In this document: one piece after another, positions 46,563 through 59,387 of the stretch
Position numbering within the stretch: position 1 is the stretch's first letter
Layout: every line of letters starts with the position of its first letter
Origin: the human T2T-CHM13v2.0 reference genome, Homo sapiens
Assembly: GCF_009914755.1 (NCBI RefSeq)
Contig: NC_060928.1
Reading direction: 5' to 3' (one strand)
Length of the DNA: 64,000 bases
Translations under genes and position numbers: made by a program
Notes under the pieces: model-generated
The model's database searches: none
What the model was told of the DNA's origin: nothing
The model's input: only the letters and a program-made list of their open reading frames with translations

Positions 46563-47194
46563 CTAAAATATGTAAACAAGGAAAAATTGTACTCTAAGAA
46601 ACAACAAAGACAGTTCTGTCTACATCTGCATATTTCAGATGTAGAATGATCTTAGATTATTCTGAGGCATGTTCTAGTTATTTTCTAGAAATAAATGGCC
46701 TAAGGCCAGATCCTCAAAAATTACTGCAGGCTTTTACACAATGGCAGAGTATGAAAGTAAATGCTGCAGATGCCATCATTGAGAGATGTAGGATGTTTCT
46801 AGGGCCAGCTTTGCCTCTTGAATATGTGTATCAGCTACTCTGGTTCTGGCCAACACCAGAGCACACTGCTTTGTCACTGCAGGATGACATTTAGATAAAA
46901 AGGGTGTTGCTTCCTTCCTAACCTGTTGTGCTTCCAAAGGAGCACATTATTCTTACTAATACTGACAGTCGGGGTACATCTTTTTGCTTTTCCTTTGTTA
47001 CTAATATTGAAGATTGGGATTATAAAAGACTTTAACTTAAACAATATGAAAGATCCATTAGGTTTCAGGCCTTCATCTTTCTGATCTAAATAGAGGGACA
47101 AAATTTAAGATATTATGAACATTGGTACACACATGTGATGCTCCAAGAATCTGAAGTCTCCAGAAAGAGGGCCTTCCAGATGATAGATACAGAG

Positions 47195-47390
47195 TGAGTG
47201 GTGGTTTAGAGATGAGCTCTAGGGTCTGACTTCTTGGGCCGGAATTGCAGCTCTGTCACTTCCAAGCTGAGGGAATTAAGCAAATAATTGCTTAATCTTT
47301 CTTTCAATTAAGGATGGTCAATAGAGTGATTAGCTCATAAGGCTGTTGTGTGGATTATAAGTGCTCAACAGATGTCTTCTATTTTTATTA
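47195..47390 (+). mobile_element. MIR SINE
   Basis: GTGGTTTAGAG...GCTCTGTCACTT...CTCATAAGGCTGTTGTGTGGATTA...GTGCTCAACAGATG. Confidence 0.75.
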
Positions 47391-48091
47391 AATATTTACT
47401 GAGTTGACTGGATAGAATGATGTCACCCTTTGTCCTTTCTTTACAGGTAAGACATTGGGTGGCCAGTCAGAACATTTATTACTAAAACATTTCCTTACTA
47501 TAGGAAATGCATCAAGCCTGACTGGAGATAAATAATAAGACACTTAGAGTAGAGGTGTTTTTTTAAACTTCCATAAAAAACAAAACATTTAGACTAGAGG
47601 TGGCTTTTTAAACTTCCCACGACTCCTGGGCTGCATGAGGATTTGGAAAGAGTATCGAGAGATCAAAATCAATTTTCTCAAAATTACCTACTTTCCCATA
47701 GTTCTCCAAAGAATTCTGTCTTACTACTAGAAAATCAGGCAGATGAAAACCCATGTGGAGTGACTGGAGGAGCACTGAGGGGGGGTGGGGAATCTCAAAC
47801 TATCTCCTCACTGGCTGCTCTAGAACCTGAAATACATCATTTGCTAATCATCTCTTTGACAAGGAAGGCTAAGAGGTTTCTTGGACCCTTACAAAGTAGA
47901 TGAATAGCTTTGTTTCGTATGGAAAGGATGAGTGAGGACAGGTAAAGAGTAGAAATGAATGGCTTGAAATGATCTAATTAGTATTTTAGAATCAAAGGCT
48001 ATACCAAGACATGGGAAGAAACACTACAGATAACTTATAATGCAGTTTTTATTTGTCTTAAATTTATTCATGCAGGTAGCTTACAGGATTA

Positions 48092-48540
<449 letters not shown>

Positions 48541-49338
48541 TTATATTGCTTAATATTATTTCAGTTCTAAGCCCTACATGTTGGCTTCCAGCTGCAGATA
48601 ATAAAGGTTTTGTTTTTTCTCATACTCTACCTGCAGTCACACCATACATGTGAATACACTCCTGCTGCTGTCTCCCGATGTGATAACAAGCAGATTGATA
48701 TCCACTGTTTACATTGTTATGATGATGGAGATGCTTTTGGCAGTGGAGCCATTTCATATCTCTTGAGTATCTTTTCTTTCTTTTTGACTTTTTCCACTTT
48801 TAAGTTCTTTTGAATCCCAAGGCTCTATCTCATTTTCCTTTGCCAATTTTTCTATTTATCACGAACTTATGGAAACTCTTCTCCAGCTGTGTTAATCTTC
48901 TTTCCATGTATTCAAATATTAAGTACGTTAAGTAGCCTATCAATTTTACCTTCCTATAATCTCTCTCCAGTCCTTCTGATCTGCCCCAGTCTAGTTTGGT
49001 TAATCTCAAGGCCTGCTACCTTACCATGATTTTGGTGATTTCTATCCCCACCATCCTTTGTTGTATCCCTTGTTTGTCAGACTTTGTCTTCCTCTTTCAT
49101 GGTTCACTTTCCTGTTTTCATAGACAATATCCTCTAGGAGTTTCCTCCTCATTCAGTCAATCAACTTTTTGCTACATACCCAGTGCAATGCACTGTTCCA
49201 GGCACTGAGGGTGCAGTGGGGATGCATCCTGATGGGACTATATTTTGAAAAGCACCAAGATAGAAAAGGACCAAACTGCTTCCATCCACTTGCAGCAAAG
49301 ACAATCCTGTCCCATCGGCCCTACAGAGCAGTGATGCT

Positions 49339-49890
49339 GTAGGAGAGAGTTGGCAACATCTTCCTAGTATCCAGTTCCCATCTTTTCAGGTGAAAACATC
49401 CTTTTCTCTGGGAATGGTGCCTGCCTCCCCTACTTCATGTGATCATGACCACATGGTCTAGCCTGGGGATAGACAGATAGCAAAAGCTGAGCTTTTATAT
49501 ACAGACTTTTAGTGCATAGTCTGAGGTCACTAAACAGAATTATACACTTAGAGCTCTCCATAGCTATGCCCCCTTTACCCCTTGAGCATGGAAGTTTGCT
49601 CCATTCAAAACTTGCCTCATTCTCTAGAGGTACAGTGCATGTACTCTGTGTAAGACATTGCACCAAATCCCATGAGCTACACCTGAAGAAAGCCTGCCTG
49701 CATACGGATAGAATAAGGTTAATGTAGACAGAATCAAAGTTGAGAGAGAAAGAGACAGAGAGACAGAGAGATCCACATCATTTGTCTGTCCAGTACACCT
49801 CCAAGCTCTACCCTTGGAATCCCAAATCCTTCCAGGCACTTAATTTCCCCCTTTTGCTTAGCTAATTTGATCTGAGTAATGAAAAGCAGT
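49339..49890 (+). mobile_element. MaLR LTR (MLT1K-like), diverged
   Basis: CCTAGTATCCAGTTCCC...GAAAGCCTGCCTG...GAGAGAGAAAGAGACAGAG...TTCCCCCTTTTGCTTAGCTAATTTGA. Confidence 0.6.
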
Positions 49891-50412
49891 AAAAGAGAAA
49901 TCAGCTATTGCAGAAAAATATTTGGAAGATACTCTATTAAAGGCCTGAGATCTCCCTCACAATCCAGTGTAATGGCTTTTCCCTCTCCCAGAAAATAAGA
50001 TGAGATTAAATAAAATTCTCCAATGTCTCTGGACCCCTTCCAAATGACATTCCACACATCTGCAGTAAAGAAGGAGAGCAGATGAATATGTAAGATCAGC
50101 ACATTCCCTATGAAAAGAACACCTTTGTCAGGACATAGTCTCTATGAGGTCAGGGATTTTTCTAATAATATTCACTCCTATGTCCCTCATGCTTAGAAAA
50201 GTATTTGTTGAATGGATATACACAGGCATATATTCATATGCTTGAATGAACTTCTAACACATAAAAGATTGAAGGCCTATCATTGTCCTCAACAAGAGAA
50301 ATAGAGAACATTGTGTTGGGTGTTTGCCATAGGCCCTTAAGTTTTGTCTGAGTGAAACAATGAAAGAAGAAGACATCTCCATTCTTTGTCCCCCTAACCC
50401 CACCAAAAAATG

Positions 50413-50684
50413 TTTTTTCTTTTCTTTTTTTTTTTTTTTTTTGTTTTTTTTGAGACAGAGTCTCACTGTGACACTCAGGCTGGAGTGCAGTGGTACAATC
50501 TTGCCTCAGTGCAACCTCTGCCTTCTGGGTTAAAGCAACCCTCCTGCCTCAGCCTCCTGAGTAGCTGGGGACTGCAAGCATGCACCACCACACCTGGTTA
50601 ATTTTTATATTTTTAGTAGAGATGGGGTTTTTCCATGTTGGTCAGGCTGGTCCCGAACTCCTGACTTCAAGTGATCTGCCCACC
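50413..50684 (-). mobile_element. Alu SINE (AluJb/Sz-like), 5'-truncated by ~50 nt
   Basis: Antisense Alu from the poly-T tail to GTGATCTGCCCACC. Degenerate TSD AAAAAATGTTTT / AGAAGATTTTT. Confidence 0.95.
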
Positions 50685-52075
50685 AGAAGATTTTTAAGGT
50701 TCATGACTTCTAATTGGATCAGATAAACCCTAAAGGGGTTATTGAATCACAACTTCAGGCAGAAGTACTAGGACGATTTCTACCCCATTGCAATGAAAGA
50801 AAACAAAGTACAGTCCCTCCTACAGAGGGAAGATAGTGCCGATTTTGACAGAATATAAAACACAAAGTAAAGGCAAAAAGAAAAAAAATATTTTCTTAAC
50901 ACTTTTGGATAAAACCAGGCTTATCTTTGTTCTCAAGCTATTTCCAGGGAGCTAGAGTGGATGGGCCACTTAGCAATATCCTTATACACACAATCCTTAT
51001 TAGAAGATTGCTTCATGATGAAATGTCAGGCAACCCATCAAAATGCTATTGATTATGTTATTAAAGAGTACAGATAGAAAATAATAAATCAATTGTGGTT
51101 GTTGCTTATTCAGACTTTTAAAGATATGTGAACAACCTGAGACTTCATCTTTAGAGAAGTGGATGAGGTTTAAATGGGGCAAGACTTCTTTTCCAGATAA
51201 CCAATATATCACTTTTTAGCTGAAAGGGACATAAAAACTCCATTTGGAGGCTGAGGGTATATTTTTCAATGTCTCAAATGAGCTTCTCTTTGAAATATTA
51301 ATGATTCGTCTCAATGGTGCCCAAGGAAGAAGTATTGATGGTCAGACAACCAAAACTACCTTCAAATTTGATGGTATTTTTGTTACATATGCTACATTCA
51401 ATGGAAACATTCAAGAGAAACTTTCTAGCATAGACTAAAAGATACAGCAAGACAAACCCTCACCACTTGGTGCTGAGGGACAAATCCAGCAAGTCATGTT
51501 GGAGTGTTTGTCTCCCTGCCATTGTCACTGTGAGACCCAGTTATTGGTATGAAGAGGTGTTGGGAAAAGACTATTACTGATTGCTTATGTCAACTAAACA
51601 GATAAGCCAAGATGAAAGATCTGTAGTTAATGGTTTTTCTGCTTTTGCTCGACATAAAATCTAAATTGTTCATGTTGACATACTCATAATGAAATGAGTT
51701 AACTCTGAGAGTTATTTGGCCACTTTTTGTTCTGTTTTGTGTGTTGAAGCTAGGTGCTAATCTCACAAGCACATTCATTTTCAATTTTGCTAGTCTTTCT
51801 TCATAGAACTTCTTCTGATTTTTATGTTTTTATATGTTCATTTTTTATCTCCCACCCTTGAAAGTAAACTCTATTCTTTGTCTAGCATGTATAGCAGTGT
51901 CATCTCAGCTCCTACTATTCATAATAGGTCCCCAATAAATAATTGATAAATGACAGGAGGCTTTGCCAGCATTAGTCACCTTCCCTCAGAAGATTTCCAT
52001 CTCTTCCTAACTTCAATTTTTGAAATAGAAGGCATATGAACACACTGTAATTCTTCCCCTTAAAGAATGAAAATT

Positions 52076-52396
<321 letters not shown>

Positions 52397-52969
52397 TCAG
52401 ACGCCCTTACCAGAGGACTGGCATTTGGAAAAAGAATCTAATACTAATTTTCCTGCTGAAAGAAGACTGCTGATAAAGATGATTATAATAGTCCTGGTTG
52501 GTAAACTTATTTTGATGATGCATTAACTATAGCTGGGTTTTCACCTATATGCTTTCAAAACATACACAGAAAGGGATTAACTTGAGTGGCTAAATCAATA
52601 TGGTTGTTAAAACTAGCAGATTAAGTAGTTATACAGTAAGTACAGATGACAGAGTACAATACAAAAATTGCTTATTACTCATCCTTAAATAAATTAATCA
52701 TCTATTATGGACAGAGAAAACAAATAACTTCATCCAGGGAAACTCACTGAGAGAACACACTTCCTTAACATAAACAGTGGAAACAGAAATCATGTTTCAT
52801 GAAGTAGTTTTCAAATATGCAGAGTCAATATGGTCTACAGTAACAAAATGAAGATTATTACTTTTCTTCAGTTGAATTTGCCTTATATAACCAACCAGTG
52901 TGTGAGTTGGTGAAAATGCCTGTATTGTCATATGGTTTTATAACATGGGGGTTAGACAGACCTGATTTA

Positions 52970-53767
52970 TGTATTAGTTTCCTATTGCTGCTATAAAAAT
53001 TTACCACAAACTTATTATTATTTTTTTTTTCCACAGAGTTTCGCTCTGTTGCCAGGCTGGAGTGTAGTGGCGCGATCTTGGCTCACTGCAGCCTCCGCCT
53101 CCTAGATTCAAGCAATTCTCCTGCCTCAGTCTCCTGAGTAGCTGGGACTACAGGCGCGCGCCGCCACGCCCGGCTAATCTTTTTGGATTTTTAGTAGAGA
53201 TGGGGTTTCAACATGTTGGACAGGATGGTCTCAATCTCCTGACTTCGCGATCCGTCTGCCTCGGCCTCCAAAGTGTTGGGATTACAGGCGTGAGCCACCG
53301 CGCCCGGCTAAACTTACGGTTTTAAACAACATAAGTTTATCATTTTATAGTCCTGGAGGTCTGAAGACTGAAATGGGTGAACAAGGCTAAAATTCAGGTG
53401 TCAGGAGGGCTGCTTTTCTACTGGAAGCTCTGGAGGATAATCTGTTTCTTGTCTTTTCTAGCTTCTAGAGGCTACATGCATTCTTTGGATCATGGCACCT
53501 TTCTCCCACATTCAAAGCTCATGACTCTAACCTCTGCTTCCACCATCAGATCTGTTCTCTGACTCTAACCCTCCTGCCTCCCTTTTATAAAAACCCTTGT
53601 GTTACATGGAGTGCGTTACACTACCCAATTAATCAAGGATAATCTTCCCTCTCAAAATCCTTAGTTTAATTTTATCTCCTAACTCTTTCTTGCCATGTAA
53701 AGTGACATATAGGTTCCAGAGATTAGGACATGGACATCTTTAGGGGATTATTGCACTGTTTACCACT
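52970..53767 (-). mobile_element. MaLR solo LTR (MLT1C/D-like) interrupted by an Alu
   Basis: TGTATTAGTTTCCTATTGCTGCT...TTTTCTAGCTTCTAGAGGC...GATTAGGACATGGACATCTTT...TACCAC. TSD ATTTA/GTTTA. The LTR itself splits a + strand MIR (52930-52969, 53835-53935). Confidence 0.92.
53015..53309 (-). mobile_element. AluSc SINE
   Basis: Antisense dimer with CTGTTGCCAGG (Sc 1-nt deletion) and GGATGGTCTCAATC. TSD AAACTTA (53008-53014 / 53310-53316). Confidence 0.96.
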
Positions 53768-55215
53768 GTTTATATGCCTGCTTTGCCAATTATAAGGTGA
53801 AATTTGATGTTTCTGACCGTTTTTTATGTCTAGAATGGGAATTATTACAAATCTCAGTGTTGCGAGAATTAAAGGAGACAAGTAGTATAAAGCATTTACT
53901 ACACTGGCTGGCACACGGTATCAATACATTATAGTTAGTATGCAGGTTTTATTATCCTTGGATTTGGTAAATATGACAGACTGGTTCTTTGATTGACTCT
54001 AATTATAGACACATAAACCCTGGAAGTACAAAAGCTTTAATTTTTCATTTGCTTAAATGAAAGCCAATGTCTCATGTTTTCAATTTCTATAGCAAAACAA
54101 TATGACCTATTCCTTAAAAGGGAAATAATAATGAGATCTCAAGAAGGAAATAGAAAGAAACAATAAACATTTTAGAAAGTTTTGGCTATAGGAATTTTAA
54201 CCAAAAGCCAATTTTATAACTGAGGGCACACTGACCCAGACACTCTCTGAACAGTGCCCCCGAGCACTCACCAGCTAGAAGCGTTTGCAGGATGGTTTTC
54301 AGTTCTGTTTGCTTTACTAGTAATTGGCTCTTTGGGTGGTGAGTGGGGAATACAGATACACACATAGTGGACAAACACACACCCACACATGTAATTTCAA
54401 AGAAAAGCAGCATATTAGCAAAGTACTGTGAGCAGTTGTCTTAAATAGGTTATGCGTGTACTCAATAAAGTAAGTTTCTTCCCTTTTACTTACTTATGAA
54501 AATTACTTAAAAATGCACTGTACATGTGTGCAAAAAATATGAATATATTCTATCAAGGAGCACTTTTGATTTTTTTTCCTTAAAAGCTATGTAATAATTC
54601 ATGCATATGTATATTTAAGTAGTTCATCTTTAGCAGTCTGCCCACTTGGGGAATTTATTTTTATCTCTAATTTAATTCCAATTTTTCTTGCAGAGAGTTA
54701 AAAGCTAGTTATACTTTGTGTAAAAGACAGTCCAACATTTGAAGATTATTATAAAAGTCATACTAACATTTATATAACAATCCTATAATTTGATATAAAT
54801 CTGTTAGTTGTGTCTTCATTTACATCTTATTTATGTTTAACTTCATACACTATGAAGATGATATTTGTTACCTTTTGGCTCTTTTATAATTTGGTTCGTT
54901 TTGATGTGAGTTTTTTAGGAAAATTAGCAAGTAATAGAAAAAAATCATTTAGCAAGTATATATTGAACATTTATTATATTAATGTCCTGTTATATTGATC
55001 TCCTATTATATTCCGGGTCATGGAGTGGAACAAGTGAACCTGAATCCCAACTCTCATGGAATTTACATGTAGGGGACTATAGACAATGGAGAAATCAATA
55101 ACATGTTGGTATGTTTGTTGTACTATGGCAGTGATATGTACTATGAAGAAAAATAACAAAAATAAAGGGGCATTAGGGAAGAAAAACAATAAGAAGTTGT
55201 ATTTCAGACTGAGTA

Positions 55216-55744
55216 TGAACAAAGAAGCTCCCAACTGCTGTCAGCTAAGAGATGGCCAAAGTGTTCTCTGGTTAGACATAAATAATTTTGCAGAAAAGTA
55301 AAATCAGACCAGACCACCTTTGTGACTGTATTAGAACAAGACAAAACCAAAACCCAATAGTAACCCTATCTGAGCACAGATAAACACAGTAATATTGTGC
55401 AAATCGCAAAAATGATCAAACATTCCCTTCATCCAGCTAATATAAATAATAGCTTTTGCTGATTCTTCATCAATTATAGCTTTAGTCTCACACCATTCAT
55501 CCTAGTTAAAAATTGTTAAGAATTGCCCATTTTCTGACAGCCTCCAATATGGAAGCAAAATCATGCTTCACTGAATCCTCCCTAAAATCACCTAGCACAA
55601 ACCTGAGCCCTATGACAAATTCCTTCTAAAACTCCCTTATTGTACACTACATGGCTACTCATGGTGTGTTTCTCTCACAGCAATGAGCCAAGAAGCCCAA
55701 CACTGACTATAGGTGTGTTCCTCATGGTCTTTGGTTGAAAATCA
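55216..55744 (+). mobile_element. ERV1 solo LTR (MER67-like)
   Basis: TG...CA termini. Internal GTGTTCTCTGGTTAGACATAAATAATTT, AAAAATGATCAAACAT, CAATTATAGCTTTAG, GGTGTGTTCCTCATGGTCTTTGG. Confidence 0.82.
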
Positions 55745-55762
55745 TAGACAAGAAAGTCACTT

Positions 55763-56001
55763 CTAATTTATGTGTATTTTATAGAAAGAGAGTCTTGCCA
55801 TATTGCCCAGGCTGGTTTCGAACTCAAAATACAAAAATTAGCTGGGCGTGGTGGTGTGCATTTGTAGCCCCAGCTATAATACTTAGGTGGCTGAGGTGGA
55901 AGGATTACTTGAGGCCAGGAGGTCGAGGCTGCATTGAGCTGTGATCACACCACTGCACTCTAGAGTGACAGAATGAGACCCTGTCTCAGAAAAAAAAAAA
56001 A
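55763..56001 (+). mobile_element. AluJ with inverted 5' segment
   Basis: Antisense left-arm piece (~55763-55825) joined to the sense linker and right arm (55826-56001). One TSD, AAAGTCACTT (55753 / 56002), flanks both parts. Confidence 0.9.
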
Positions 56002-56236
56002 AAAGTCACTTGTGATTAATTGACAGTTAATAAAACACCTGAATAAAGTTAAAGAAGAACCATTTGGCTATGTGAAGAAAAGGGAAACAGTGAGTGCAAA
56101 GATCCTAAGGTAGGATCATTCCTGAGTAGGTTCAAATAAAACCCAGAATACAGAGATGGTTGAATCTGAATAGGTGAATAAAAGAGAGGAGGGAAATAAG
56201 GCCAGGTCCAAATTGTGAAGGGTCTTATATGCCATA

Positions 56237-56649
56237 CATCAGACACTGAATATTTGTGTCTCCTCCAAATTCATATTCCCTAATCCCCAATGTGATCATA
56301 TTTGGAGATGTGGGCCTTTGGAAGTTAGTCAGGGTGAACTGAGGTCATGAGAGCGGGGTCCTGGTCTAATAGGATTAGTGCCTTTATAAGAAGGCACTAA
56401 TAAGAACAAGGGAGCTTGCTCTTTCTCTCTCTCTCTCTCCACTTGCATGCACCAAGGAAAGGCCATGCGAACACACGGTAAGAAGGTGGCCATCTGCAAG
56501 CCAAGAAGACAGCCCTCACCAGATCTCAATCATGCTGGAACCCTGATCTTGGACCTCCAGCCTCCAGAACTATGAGAAAACAAATTTCTGTTATTTAAGA
56601 CACCAAAATCTAGGGTATTTTGTTATGGCAGTCTGAACAGACTAAGACA
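56237..56649 (+). mobile_element. MaLR solo LTR (MLT1A/MSTD-like)
   Basis: CCAAATTCATA...CCTAATCCCCAATGTGA...GGCCATCTGCAAGCCAAG...CCAGCCTCCAGAACTATGAG...TTGTTATGGCAG...GACTAAGACA. Confidence 0.92.
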
Positions 56650-57603
56650 CATAGTAAAGATACGAATTTTACCTCACTGGAAATGAATTGGAAACTTTTG
56701 AAGGATTTCAATAAAGGAGAGTAGGACCTGACTTATGATTTAATAGAATCAGTCTAGCTGCTCTGTTTAGAATATGTTGTAGGAAAGTTGGGAAAAGAAG
56801 CATGGGATCCAGCAAGGAATTCAGGCAGTAGATGGTGATGGCTTTTTCAATGTAGCAGGAATGAAAGTGGTGAGACAGGAACATTGAGGATAAAATATCC
56901 AACTGAAATACTGTCTTGGATATCAGATTTATTTTGAAAGTAGAGCCAACAGATTTGCTTACCCATTTAATGTAGACCATGAGAGATATAAAAAGATAAG
57001 CCAAAAAGGACTTCAAATCCTGAGATAATAGATGAATTCAGTTATCATTTTGCTTAGATACATAAATCATGGGGATGAATAGTTGGGGAGATTATAAGTT
57101 AAGATCTCAACTGTGGACAAGTTAAGTTTGAAATGTCTATTCTGTATTCAAGTGGAGATGCCCAGTAGACAAATTTCTGAACTGAAGCTCAAGGGACCAA
57201 AACTGTAAATGTAAGTTTAGGAATTTATATTTAATAGATGACATTTACAGTCATGAGCATGGACAACCTAGGAAATGAGAAGACGAAGGTCTGAGCCCTG
57301 TGACACTTCAACACAGGCTGGGAAAGAGCTGTCAGTGAGGAAAGAAAAAAAAAATGCAAGTGTTTAACCCTAGATCAAGCCTTGCTCCACATGATAAATG
57401 ATCACCTAATAATAAGTGTCATATGACAAGCTTGGCCTGTAGGAGTGGTGTTTGTTTTAGCTCTTTCAAAAGTGTCTCATGTGGGTTCCACAAGATGATA
57501 GTTGAAATCCTGGGTGTGGCAATGTTTAAAAATTTATTTTTAATCTTACTCCTTCTTCTTTATTCCCTGGACTGAGTAGGGACTAATCCAGCCATTTTCT
57601 ATG

Positions 57604-57778
57604 CAAGTGTTTCTCACAATAAGCATGAAAATTTTCTGGGTGCTTATTGAAAAATGCACATTCCTGAGCTCCAACTCAGATCCACTGAATCAGAAACTCT
57701 GAGAGTAGCATGCTGGAACTTACATTTATAATAAGTTCCCAAGTGAGTTGCCATGCACATTAATATGGAAAACAATAA
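57604..57778. mobile_element. MER5A hAT-Charlie relic
   Basis: AGTGTTTCTCA...AAAATGCACATTCCTGAG...ACTGAATCAGAAACTCTG...CCCAAGTGA...ATGCAC. Confidence 0.8.
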
Positions 57779-58166
57779 GCTATTCTTGTATTCTCACCTT
57801 GTCATAAAGAAGGAAAGGAGTTAATTGTAAAGAGTCAAATTTGGGGCATTATAATGGGACAAGGATCTTTTAGAGAGGATAGCTAAACAAATACTATAAT
57901 CAGATATTGGCATTACCACTCCTGGCCACTCATTACTTTGTAAGTATCTATAGATAGTCTCATTTTGATGAAAATAAGGAATGCATAGTATTTTTTCTAA
58001 AGATATCTTGGCACCAAAGTGAAAATATCTTTGCAGGTGTTGTGTCACAACCAGAATTCCCTACTTCCGTTTAGAAAAACATTATTTAAGCTATTGCCTG
58101 CAGAAATGTTGCAACATATTGTTGGCAAACAAATCTAGCAGCCATAGCATGGAAAGAGAAACTTAC

Positions 58167-58246
58167 CCTTTTGATGAGCTGGTTTTGTAGATTCTCCTTT
58201 TACTGTTGAATCCAAAGGTGCCCTCTACTAGTGGATTCTGGTTTGA
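58167..58246 (-). other. Candidate spliced exon (80 nt), probably noncoding
   Basis: Minus strand reads CATTCTCAACTTTTCATCTTTCTAATCTAG|TCAAACC...AAAAGG|GTAAGT. Splice motifs only, no transcript evidence. Confidence 0.35.
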
Positions 58247-58421
58247 CTAGATTAGAAAGATGAAAAGTTGAGAATGTATTTTAGCAAAGTTATTTTTGAG
58301 CAACTATAGAAATAATAGTTTCCACCATTTGTTGGTGTGTGTATGTGCCAAGCACTATAGTAAGGCATATACTATTTTATTTAATCTTTACAATAGTGCT
58401 GTGTTACAAATGAGGGAGTTG

Positions 58422-58878
58422 ATTTTAGGAAGTGTTGCAAGCTGGGGAGCAGGTGAAATGGATCACAGTACACAGGGAATTTATTAAGGAGTGCCCTTTG
58501 GATCAAAACTAGTTGAAAGGAGAGAAGAGAAGCAGTAGTAGGCAGAGGGAGGGAGGGGAAGAAGTTGAGCTGTGATGCAGCCTCAAAGAAAGCCTCAACC
58601 AACCACAGGGAGTTCTAAAGCTGTAAGGGTCCAACAGAGTGGTCTCAGGTTGGGGAAGTATGGCCATGCCTTTACTACCCAGCATCAGTCAGTAATTAAA
58701 GGCAGACTATACTGAAAAAAGGCATGACTTGGGGTAAGGAGCTTATTTGCAGCTGAGGCAATGCCTGAAGCAGCAGAGGAGCCAAAGGTTGTCTGCAAAG
58801 AGCACTTTCAAGTTGGGGCAAAAGAGGGATCTGGCCATTGAAGAGGGATCTGGGAGGCCCATTACAGTGCCCACCTCA
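58422..58878 (-). mobile_element. ERVL solo LTR (LTR16C-like) splitting a MIR
   Basis: TTTATTAAGGAGTGCCCTTTGGATCAA...AGAAGTTGAGCTGTGATGCAG...CAGCTGAGGCAAT...GGGATCTGGGAGGC. Antisense MIR pieces at 58310-58420 and 58880-58960. Confidence 0.85.
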
Positions 58879-59164
58879 GGGAACCAAGATGTCAGCTAGA
58901 ATGTGAGAAAGCTGAGAAGTTTAATGTAAGACAGTTTGATTCTAAAAGTAATTGTCTAAATCAGGCTAAAGAATTTCACACATGTATTTTCAAGCCAGAG
59001 GTGAGTTATTAGAAAATGAACAGTTGCTATCATCAGGAATCATTTCTATAGATTGCGTTCCAGGATAATGCACAGGAGTATCAATTAACTCTTATTTGGT
59101 CTTCATATTTTTTAAGTATTTCCTCATTTTGAACATGTGGCCAGGCCAGTATATATTTTCTTAC

Positions 59165-59257
59165 CTTAAGACTTTTGCAGGACAGAAAAGACTTGATGCT
59201 TGGAGTGAAGATATCTTTCTAAATACTAAGTTCATTGAAGAAATGATGTCTGCCACC
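59165..59257 (-). other. Candidate spliced exon (93 nt), probably noncoding
   Basis: Minus strand reads CTCCCTCTCTTCTCTCCCATCCCCCATCAG|GGTGGC...CTTAAG|GTAAGA. Splice motifs only. Confidence 0.35.
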
Positions 59258-59387
59258 CTGATGGGGGATGGGGAGAGAAGAGAGGGAGAATGGCTGAGGG
59301 GAACTGAATGAGAGAATGGCAACACTTGACAAAAAAAGAGGGAAAGGAAGAAATGAATCCCAATTTAAAGCAAATCTCAGTGTAATA

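Larger units (their letters stand above)
54943..57370 (-). mobile_element. L2a LINE, fragmented by three later insertions
   Basis: Antisense L2 pieces at 54943-55215, ~56020-56236 and 56650-57370 (TTTTGAAAGTAGAGCCAACAGATTTGCT, GTTAAGTTTGAAATGTCTATT, CAAGTGGAGATG) are collinear across the inserts. Confidence 0.85.

Noticed and set aside
51244-51438. 64-aa ORF that looks protein-like (…GRSIDGQTTKTTFKFDG…)
   Set aside because: TTG start, no recognisable family and no convincing splice donor. A tblastn or Dfam search would be needed to exclude an ancient repeat or pseudogene relic.
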